Shown: one piece after another, positions 1 to 7,004 of the stretch
Layout: each line of letters starts with the position of its first letter
Numbering within the stretch: position 1 is the stretch's first letter
Assembly (NCBI GenBank): GCA_016840035.1
Contig: JAEOTC010000095.1
Coordinates: 1-10,100 of the forward strand
Length of the DNA stretch: 10,100 nucleotides
Direction of reading: 5' to 3'
Source: Candidatus Hodarchaeota archaeon
GTDB taxonomy: Archaea > Asgardarchaeota > Heimdallarchaeia > Hodarchaeales > Hodarchaeaceae
The notes under the pieces: generated by a model
What the model was told of the DNA's origin: nothing
The model's input: the letters and a program-made list of their open reading frames with translations, nothing else
The model's database searches: none
Made by a program: the position numbers and the translations under genes

Positions 1-685
1 CATCTGGTGCTCCACTCGAAGCATTCGTGATATAAATTAGTCCACTAGGGCCAGATCCTGCCGCGTATAGAGATATTCTGATCCTTACGCCTGTTAAGTT
101 TGCGTAATCTTCGGAAATGTTGAATGACATAGCAATATGGTGATAATCATCCCCATTAACCGGGTCTGAGTCCCAGGTTCTTCCTCCAACACGGTTCTCC
201 TGTAATCGCCAATCTGTTTCAGCTGTTACCTCTGAAATATTAAACAACAGATCTTGTTTTGTGAAATCTGGGATGTCAGAGATAGTTCGACTTACCTCCC
301 GCCCTGTGGGAAGCCCTGTGGATCCACTTAATGAATTCTGGGTGCTCAATAGTTCGGTACTTGTTAGATTAAAGGAATCTTGTACTTGGACATTTCCTCC
401 ACCAATTCCTGTTTGTTGCCCAATAGCAAATCTTGGAATAGAATCTGAATTATTAATTGGTTCTAAAGATGAATTAATGTTTGATAGTTGAGCTGGGTTT
501 CTCTTCATTAACCTCGGTACTTCAACTTTTTCTCCCCTGAGAGTATCAACAACAGTTGATTCATCTTGAGTAGACTCCTCGTTGATAATTGCCATTGCTA
601 ATGTTGTTGGGATACAGCTTAGAATGATCATAAAAAGAAGGGCTAATGAAACTACATCTGGTTTGATACTCTTAAAGATATTCAT
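1..685 (-). CDS. Secreted/surface protein, hypothetical (5' part only; continues beyond the left edge)
   Basis: Hand translation from ATG at 685 is open to position 2 (228 codons): MNIFKSIKPDVVSLALLFMIILSCIPTTLAMAIINEESTQ...LLFNISEVTAETDWRLQENR...IAMSFNISEDYANLTGVRIRISLYAAGSGPSGLIYITNASSGAPD. It has a basic N-terminus and hydrophobic stretch (signal peptide-like), 7 N-x-S/T sequons, and a GGAG SD-like motif on the minus strand at about 693-696. Confidence 0.85.
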   Translation of the reverse strand, partial: MNIFKSIKPDVVSLALLFMIILSCIPTTLAMAIINEESTQDESTVVDTLRGEKVEVPRLMKRNPAQLSNINSSLEPINNSDSIPRFAIGQQTGIGGGNVQVQDSFNLTSTELLSTQNSLSGSTGLPTGREVSRTISDIPDFTKQDLLFNISEVTAETDWRLQENRVGGRTWDSDPVNGDDYHHIAMSFNISEDYANLTGVRIRISLYAAGSGPSGLIYITNASSGAPD

Positions 686-718
686 TTTCAGTCTCCATTA
701 CTGTTGATTGATGTTAGA

Positions 719-730
719 AGTATAATATAC
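719..730 (-). promoter_or_regulatory. Possible TATA-box-like element for the secreted protein gene
   Basis: Minus strand reads GTATATTATAC (near-palindrome), about 35-45 nt upstream of ATG 685. This spacing leaves room for a short leader containing the SD. Confidence 0.3.
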
Positions 731-772
731 AGGTCAGCTTCGTTTGAATTGTAGATACTCCACTAATCATAT

Positions 773-928
773 TGTATGAGAGAGAGTGATTGTGGAAAAT
801 ACTGGTAAATTAGCATATTTTTAATCATATCAATTTTAATACTTCTATAGTATAAATCTAGAATCTGATCAACATATTATGATCAGTGGTTAATTTTATT
901 TAGGTAACCAAATTCTCTCTCACATATA
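773..928. other. Multi-hairpin intergenic element (candidate structured RNA or MITE-like remnant)
   Basis: TATGAGAGAGAG (775-786) pairs 11/12 with CTCTCTCACATA (915-926). It encloses inverted repeats at 787-827, 843-863, 865-886 and 887-910. Confidence 0.3.
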
Positions 929-976
929 TTCGGTTTAAAAGAGGAGGAAATATATCATAAATACCTAATTTGATTT

Positions 977-998
977 AAAACACAATGTGATATTGTGT
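977..998 (-). terminator. Putative terminator hairpin (or palindromic binding site) downstream of the GAPDH-like gene
   Basis: Perfect 7-bp inverted repeat ACACAAT-GTGAT-ATTGTGT (980-998), 12 nt past the stop at 1011, running into a short T-run on the minus strand. Confidence 0.4.
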
Positions 999-1010
999 AG
1001 GAGTAAATGA

Positions 1011-2120
1011 TTAAACTTCAGTAAAAATAAATGGTCGTAAACAGGGAAGAGGTTCGCCTAAGACAACTTCTTCGGGATTCAAGAAGTAAGCTACCGCTGA
1101 GGTGGAACTGAGGAGGGAATTACCATCTTGAGGAGTATAAGAGTATCCTACTACCTCAACTTTATCGGTAAAGAGGTTACTTTTTCGAACGAGGAGGGAG
1201 GGGAGGACAACTACAGTCTGGTTTAAAATCCGACCGAAATGTCCATATTCACGACCAAAACTGAAGATTACATTAGCATCAGTTTTATTGGTAACTGCTA
1301 CATAAGGATCTTCACGAAATATTCTCTTCACATCCTCTAAATCACAATCACAGTCGTGATTATCCAATACAAGATGGAAGGACGCCACGTGCATATATTG
1401 CGTGTTAAGTTTGATCGCACTGGAAAAGACATTCAGATGATAGCCCAATGTGGAATAAAGACGATACACATCCTTTGCATGGTGTGTACCAAAAGTACTA
1501 TCTTTATGGGAACCGACAGAGGGTCCAGCAATAAACTTCCCACTTTGAGAAACATCAGTTGCCCGACGCATAAACACAAATCGTCCTTCACTCAATTTAT
1601 TCTTCCCATTTTTATCAAAGGCTAAATTTTTCAGAATACGTGATGCGTTATGCGTGTTACAAGATACTACTTGAATAAATCTATTATTCCTATTTTTCAA
1701 AACGTCATCATTCAACCCTACACCGTAGGGTAAGCCGAAACCGTGTTCACTACCTTGGGCAAGAAAAGCACTTACAGAATCTTCATTTTCATAAAACAAT
1801 AACTTATTACGTACTCCCATTCCCTCTGAGGAACAATCTACTACAACTTTGGACTTCGCTAATGCATCTTCAAATGTATAGGTGGGTTCTACTCCCAACT
1901 CGCGAAACGCATCGAACTTTTCTCGTTGAGCGGCCATATGTGCTCCTTTAGATAATAAACCTTTAATCATAGGCCTGTCAGTTAGACGAGGAGAATGCTT
2001 ATAAAAAACTAATTCGTCAATTCCCAGATCTTTGGAAATATTTTTATCGCTTAGCAATCCAGTGAGAGGCTCACCAATTGTACCAGTTCCTACTACCATT
2101 ACTGTATTTCCATTTGCCAA
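1011..2120 (-). CDS. Type II (archaeal-type) glyceraldehyde-3-phosphate dehydrogenase-like protein, divergent clade
   Basis: Rossmann VVGTGTIG, VVVDCS, AQG, catalytic-Cys motif VVSCNTH (canonical VSCNTT), RRATD, THHAKDV (canonical SHHGPDV) and T..MH all occur in the order seen in archaeal GAPDH. TTG start with GAGGT SD at 2128-2132. Confidence 0.8.
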   Translation of the reverse strand: MANGNTVMVVGTGTIGEPLTGLLSDKNISKDLGIDELVFYKHSPRLTDRPMIKGLLSKGAHMAAQREKFDAFRELGVEPTYTFEDALAKSKVVVDCSSEGMGVRNKLLFYENEDSVSAFLAQGSEHGFGLPYGVGLNDDVLKNRNNRFIQVVSCNTHNASRILKNLAFDKNGKNKLSEGRFVFMRRATDVSQSGKFIAGPSVGSHKDSTFGTHHAKDVYRLYSTLGYHLNVFSSAIKLNTQYMHVASFHLVLDNHDCDCDLEDVKRIFREDPYVAVTNKTDANVIFSFGREYGHFGRILNQTVVVLPSLLVRKSNLFTDKVEVVGYSYTPQDGNSLLSSTSAVAYFLNPEEVVLGEPLPCLRPFIFTEV

Positions 2121-2237
2121 AATTGCTACCTCGTCTGTTTATATCAGTATAAAGACTTGGAATATGATAAAATTAGCAGTAAAGTGTCACGTATTTAAAA
2201 ATGGCCCTTCACCCGTATAAGCGATACAGGTCGCAAC

Positions 2238-3281
2238 TTACTTTGGATCTGTCTCTTGAAGTGGCGTTTCTTTCATAAATTGAATAACCTCTTCTAGATT
2301 ACCAATTTTTCCAGTTGAAAGCTGATACGCTGACACTGCGTTAGCAAAAGTTATAACATCTTTATATGAGAGACCTATCTGCCATCCTACAAGAAAACCT
2401 GCATGCCAAGCATCTCCTGCCCCAGTTGCAAACTGTAAATCAACAGAAAAGCAGTTTTGAGTTGCTAGAAGTTGACCTCGATGCCAAAGGGCTGAGAATT
2501 TAGCCGTATGTAATGCAAAGAAAATTTCTGAAAACTCATTAGAAAGTGCTTGTCCTGTTTCAAGGAATGACGCTTTTGGTAGTTTTGATAATATACGAAA
2601 TTCATTCTCATTTCCTAAAACAAGATTGGGCGGTCTAGTTGGATGATTTAGAAGACGCTCTCGAAAACCATCAATTCTGGAGGGGTGAGGAGTTAAATCT
2701 GAGAAATCTAAACTTACAATAGTCTCTTTAGGAGTTTTTTGGAGAACTCCCTCGGTAAGATCTTCGAGTTCAAGATTCTGAGCATTTGTAATTGCAACTA
2801 CTCTACTTCTACGCAAAACATTCCATTGTTGCTCAGTAAGCTTTGAAGAGGAGAAGTTCGTAACACTTCCAGCACTAGATAGCATGATATTGGATTTATT
2901 ATGAGCACCTGTGGACAATTCAAGGATCACTGAACTCGCAATATTTCCTGTATTTGTCACCTCCAATTTGATTCCTAAAGGAGTCATAAAGTGCTCCATA
3001 ACATTAACACCAAATTCCGATGTTTCTGCAATGAAAGTCGTATTAACTCCTAGACCAGCAAGCGTTTTAGCAACATTTCCTCCATTTCCTCCAGGAACAA
3101 ATTTTACTTCTGTTCCAATGATATTTCCTCCCCCTCGGGAATAAACCTCTTGTAGCTGCTTACTGAATTTTTTAAATGATCGATTCGGGTCAATAATAAC
3201 GTCGATATAAAAATCAGGGAGTACAGACACTGTCAGCTGACTAGTTCGGGATTGAAATTCAGGTATGTCAATGGAAAGCAT
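2238..3281 (-). CDS. PfkB/ribokinase-family carbohydrate kinase
   Basis: Motifs PGGNGGNVA, NENE (N/D-x-x-E) and ATGAGDAW anion hole with catalytic Asp. The ORF-track start at 3389 overlaps the thiolase SD and start. ATG at 3281 (MLSIDIPEF) is preferred; 3302 and 3308 are alternatives. Confidence 0.9.
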   Translation of the reverse strand: MLSIDIPEFQSRTSQLTVSVLPDFYIDVIIDPNRSFKKFSKQLQEVYSRGGGNIIGTEVKFVPGGNGGNVAKTLAGLGVNTTFIAETSEFGVNVMEHFMTPLGIKLEVTNTGNIASSVILELSTGAHNKSNIMLSSAGSVTNFSSSKLTEQQWNVLRRSRVVAITNAQNLELEDLTEGVLQKTPKETIVSLDFSDLTPHPSRIDGFRERLLNHPTRPPNLVLGNENEFRILSKLPKASFLETGQALSNEFSEIFFALHTAKFSALWHRGQLLATQNCFSVDLQFATGAGDAWHAGFLVGWQIGLSYKDVITFANAVSAYQLSTGKIGNLEEVIQFMKETPLQETDPK

Positions 3282-3382
3282 AGTTAGAGGAGGGGAATAC
3301 ATCCTCATAAAGCTAAGGGTAACCTTAAGAGAAACTGTATTCTCTAAGGAGGTCAATCTGTAATCGATATGGAGGTTTAAGA

Positions 3383-4669
3383 TTGACAAGGAAAGAGATT
3401 AGGGAAGTTGTTGTGGTTGATAGCATTCGTTTACCAGTTGGAAAATCAAGTCGCGCTCAAATGGATAAGCTTGGAGGCTATTATAGGAATTCTTCATCGC
3501 AGGACATGCTTATACATGTATTAGAATCATTAGTAGATAGAATTCAAACAAAATCTAGTACATTCGATGCTCATGAAATTGAGGATGTTCATGTGGGGAT
3601 TTTATCTCAAATAGGAGATCAAGGGGGGAATATTGCACGAATAGCACAGTTAATGGCACGTAATATCCCAGATATTGTAGCTGGAGCCACCGTTAATCGG
3701 TATTGTAATGCAGGCTTACAAGCGATAAATACCTGCACGAACGCAATAAAGGTTGGTGATGGAGACATAATGATTGCAGCAGGAGTTGAAAACCTCACTC
3801 ATTATTCCATGGGAATTGATTTTCAAATTGGAACCTTTATTGATGTTGAACAAATCCATGCCCAATTCTCAGAACGTATGTCAGATTTACAGGAGCGTAT
3901 GAGCTTTGTCCAAGGAGAATCAGCGGAGCAAGTAGCTGATAAGTATGACTTATCCAGAGAAGATATGGATAAATTTGGATTATGGTCTCACCAGAAAGCT
4001 ACCCAAGGTATGCGAGATTCAGAACTGTATGAAAAAAGGGTAGTGCCAGTTGAGGTCGAAATTGAAAATCGTGATGGGACAATGGAGACAAAAACTGTAA
4101 CAAGAGATCAAACCATACGTGAGATTTGTCTTGATGACCCTGAGACAGCTTGGGAACAAATGGAGAGGTTAAATCCCGTTTTTCGAGAAGAAGGAAGGGT
4201 TACAGCAGGAAATTCATCACAAATCTCTGATGGGGCTTCAGCTGTTATGTTAATGGCACGAGAAAAGGCGGATGAACTAGGACTAAAGCCCCTCGTAAGA
4301 ATCCTCTCAACTGCAGTCGCTGGGGATGACCCCCAATTAATGCTTACAGGACCCATTCCAGCAATGGAAAGAGCTCTTGCACGCGCTGACAATCTTACAA
4401 TGGAAGAAATGCATTGTATTGAACCCAATGAAGCATTTGCGTCCCCCTGTCTTGCATTTGCTAAACATTTCGATTATTCATTTGAAGATCCCCGTGTTAA
4501 CCCTTACGGAGGAGCAATTGCAATTGGCCACCCTATCGGAGCCTCAGGAGTGCAATTTTTTACTAACATGGTTCATTATTTAGTGAACACAAACCAACGA
4601 TACGGAATTCAAACCCTTTGCGGTGGAGGTGGAGTGGGGATTGCAACAGTTGTGGAACGTGTGAGTTAG
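3383..4669 (+). CDS. Thiolase (acetyl-CoA C-acyltransferase, FadA/AtoB family)
   Basis: Catalytic motifs NRYCNAG (Cys), VTAGNSSQISDGAS, NEAF, GHP and TLCGGGG. TTG start with GGAGGT SD at 3371-3376. Confidence 0.95.
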   Translation: MTRKEIREVVVVDSIRLPVGKSSRAQMDKLGGYYRNSSSQDMLIHVLESLVDRIQTKSSTFDAHEIEDVHVGILSQIGDQGGNIARIAQLMARNIPDIVAGATVNRYCNAGLQAINTCTNAIKVGDGDIMIAAGVENLTHYSMGIDFQIGTFIDVEQIHAQFSERMSDLQERMSFVQGESAEQVADKYDLSREDMDKFGLWSHQKATQGMRDSELYEKRVVPVEVEIENRDGTMETKTVTRDQTIREICLDDPETAWEQMERLNPVFREEGRVTAGNSSQISDGASAVMLMAREKADELGLKPLVRILSTAVAGDDPQLMLTGPIPAMERALARADNLTMEEMHCIEPNEAFASPCLAFAKHFDYSFEDPRVNPYGGAIAIGHPIGASGVQFFTNMVHYLVNTNQRYGIQTLCGGGGVGIATVVERVS

Positions 4670-4687
4670 AGAGTTCTTTAACTCTCT
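4668..4687. terminator. Hairpin overlapping both convergent stop codons; possible bidirectional terminator
   Basis: Perfect 8-bp stem AGAGAGTT-CTTT-AACTCTCT, followed by TTC on the + strand. Confidence 0.45.
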
Positions 4688-6735
4688 TTCAATCTCCATT
4701 CGAAAAAGGATAAAAATACTGCGCTATCAGTTATCATTTTATCCAATGGACGGCCTACTCCATGTCCTGCTGCTGAATCAACCAAAAGCAAAATCGGTTT
4801 CTGAATATTTGAGAGATTCTGCATCAAAGCAGTCATTTTAAGCGCGTGACAGGGCTCTACTCGAGAATCGTTTAAAGCTGTCTTGAATAGTATAGCAGGT
4901 GAATCTGAAGTTGCACTTACATTATGATAAGGTGAGTATGCGTAAAGCCATTGAAAGTCCTTTTCATTGTCAGGATTTCCGTACTCCGGTGTCCATGTTT
5001 TTCCAATCGAAAATTGATGGTACCTAATCATATCCAGAAGCGGGACTGAACAATAAACTGCTCCAAAGAGTGAGGGTTCTTGGACTGCTACAGCTCCAAC
5101 AAGTAATCCACCATTACTTCCGCCTGAAATACCGAGAGTTTGAGTACTGCAGTATTTTAGGTCGATTAAGTGTTTCCCTGCATAAATAAAGTCATCAAAA
5201 ACATTCTGTTTTTTCCCCAATTGGCCTGCTTTATGCCATGCTTCGCCATGTTCTCCTCCACCACGAATATTCGCAATAGCGTAAACCCCTCCATTTTCAA
5301 CCCAAGTAAGGATGCTTGGTCCATAATACGGGGTCATACTCACATCAAATCCCCCATAACCATAAAGAATGGTGGGATTTTTTGAATTCAATTCAAGATC
5401 CTTTGGTTGAATTACGAACATATGCACCTTTGTGCCGTCCTTTGATTGATACCAAACATCTTTGACGTTAATTTTGTCTGATTCAATCTTTAAATTAGAT
5501 TGATGTAAAATTGAAAGAGTTTTATTTGATATCTGGTAACTAAATGTTGTTGGAGGTTGAATAAAATTCTCATAATTGAAGAAAATAGAATCAGAGGAGA
5601 GAGTACTAGAAATGATTGAGCCACCTGTGCTTTGTACTGATCCTCTTTCAGGGATTGGTACCTTTGAAACAGGATTACCATTTAAGTCATGAATAGTGAT
5701 CTTGCTACTTACATTGGATAACCATGTAACTGCAATATTGTTTTTTGTTAATTGAAAATCAACTAAAACAGTATCCTTAGAATCAATGATGCATTCCCAT
5801 TTATCTATATCGAGGTTACTTCTTGTAGTTTTATAAATAGCATAATTGGAATTTTCAAAGTCACTCCAGAAATAGATATGATTCTTATGAATTCGGGGTG
5901 AATAGAAATTGCTACTATTCTCAACAATAGGCTTTGCCTCGAGATTCTGGGCTTCGAGATCAATAATGTATAAGTCATTTGACACAAATCGATGAAGGAC
6001 TATTAGCATAAATTTCTCATCTGGAGATAAAACGGGCATCGGATATTCTTGTGGCCTTTCAGGACACGCGTAAATCAATCTGTCGTTATTTGGATCAGTA
6101 TTGAGTGTATGATATCTAATGTGGGAATTAAAGACTTCTTGTCCATCTGGTACCTCGCCTACTATTGGAAATCGCGTATAATAAAATCCTGAATTATCTT
6201 TTTTCCAAATGATTTCTGACCAACGAGCTCGGGGAATTTTTTCTGGAAAATGTTCCATTGTCTCTAAATTCAAAATCGAAATTTCGGACCATTCTGATCC
6301 TCCCTGAGAAATTCCATATGCTACAAGTGTACCGTTCTCATTTGGGAAAAAATAATCCAACGAAGTCAGTCCAGAGGGGTCTGTTTCATTAACATCTACT
6401 AAAACAATTTCTTTTTCCTCTTTTGACAATCGGTAAAGAATAGGTTGCTGCTTTTCGATATGTTTTTTCATATAAAATTTGAAGCCATTCCGCTCTACAA
6501 CTCCAAGGAACTGTTCGTATTGGAAGAGAGTCTTCAATCTGTCGTAAAATTTCCCCTGTTCCGCCTTTTCACTAATTAATTCTTCTGTTAACTTGTTTTG
6601 CTTCTCTATCCAATTCTTTGTCTGATCCGATTCTGAATCTTCAAGCCATTGATAATTATCTATTATTTCAGCTCCGTGGATTACATTTTTTATGGGGTAC
6701 TTGGGACTTTCTGGATACTCCAATCGACCTTTCAT
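4678..6735 (-). CDS. Prolyl oligopeptidase (S9A family)
   Basis: N-terminal DNYQWLED, beta-propeller region, YGYGGF, ANIRGGGEHGEAWH, nucleophile GGSNGG, Asp in NDSRV and His in AGHG. ATG at 6735 with AAGGAG at 6747-6752 is preferred over the track start at 6765. No signal peptide is evident. Confidence 0.95.
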   Translation of the reverse strand: MKGRLEYPESPKYPIKNVIHGAEIIDNYQWLEDSESDQTKNWIEKQNKLTEELISEKAEQGKFYDRLKTLFQYEQFLGVVERNGFKFYMKKHIEKQQPILYRLSKEEKEIVLVDVNETDPSGLTSLDYFFPNENGTLVAYGISQGGSEWSEISILNLETMEHFPEKIPRARWSEIIWKKDNSGFYYTRFPIVGEVPDGQEVFNSHIRYHTLNTDPNNDRLIYACPERPQEYPMPVLSPDEKFMLIVLHRFVSNDLYIIDLEAQNLEAKPIVENSSNFYSPRIHKNHIYFWSDFENSNYAIYKTTRSNLDIDKWECIIDSKDTVLVDFQLTKNNIAVTWLSNVSSKITIHDLNGNPVSKVPIPERGSVQSTGGSIISSTLSSDSIFFNYENFIQPPTTFSYQISNKTLSILHQSNLKIESDKINVKDVWYQSKDGTKVHMFVIQPKDLELNSKNPTILYGYGGFDVSMTPYYGPSILTWVENGGVYAIANIRGGGEHGEAWHKAGQLGKKQNVFDDFIYAGKHLIDLKYCSTQTLGISGGSNGGLLVGAVAVQEPSLFGAVYCSVPLLDMIRYHQFSIGKTWTPEYGNPDNEKDFQWLYAYSPYHNVSATSDSPAILFKTALNDSRVEPCHALKMTALMQNLSNIQKPILLLVDSAAGHGVGRPLDKMITDSAVFLSFFEWRLKES

Positions 6736-6939
6736 TGCTTCTCTATCTCCTTGAAGTAATAACAACGCGTATTTGTTAATAAAAACTGATTTGATGTTTT
6801 AAATTCAAGAGAAGGATTCCATTTATCTAGGTTAAAAAGAATTCTGAGACCAATGAACAATTAGTCAACTACTTGCTGGAGAATATTAATTTAAGAAAGT
6901 CTATTTTTCACCTCAAACAGTGTGATAATATTCTATTCT

Positions 6940-6973
6940 ATGTGAAACTTCTTCTCCAATTATAGTTTCACAT
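6940..6973. promoter_or_regulatory. Perfect 10-bp inverted repeat; candidate operator or leader hairpin
   Basis: ATGTGAAACT-N14-AGTTTCACAT, ending 31 nt upstream of the TTG at 7005, in the divergent intergenic region. Confidence 0.55.
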
Positions 6974-7004
6974 TTACTAAGAAAATAGAATTGAGGTAAT
7001 TATA

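Noticed and set aside
261-491. 76-aa + strand ORF
   Set aside because: Antisense shadow of the longer minus-strand secreted protein frame; no motif or SD.
941-1024. Orphan GAGGAGG (941-947), and AGGAG followed by ATG-ATT-AAA-CTT-CAG-TAA (1007-1024) on +
   Set aside because: The first has no suitably spaced start codon. The second gives a 5-aa ORF with too-short SD spacing, antisense to the GAPDH-like stop.
1109-1207. Repeated GAGGAGGGA purine runs
   Set aside because: Explained by Ser-Leu-Leu and Leu-Pro-Ser-Leu-Leu codons of the minus-strand gene.
1356-3144. Short + strand ORFs 1356-1625, 2032-2220 and 2911-3144
   Set aside because: Antisense to well-supported CDSs, with no recognisable motifs.
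3282-3389. N-terminal extension of the PfkB ORF given in the track
   Set aside because: It overlaps the thiolase SD and start, leaves no room for divergent promoters, and lies well before the first kinase strand.
4108-5987. Short ORFs 4108-4428, 4377-4583, 5170-5385, 5490-5681 and 5805-5987
   Set aside because: Nested in alternative frames or strands of the intact thiolase and peptidase genes; no evidence of frameshifting or independent coding.
4678-6735. Prolyl oligopeptidase as a RiPP macrocyclase or processing enzyme
   Set aside because: Standard S9A motifs, with no precursor peptide or RiPP tailoring enzyme visible in the window.
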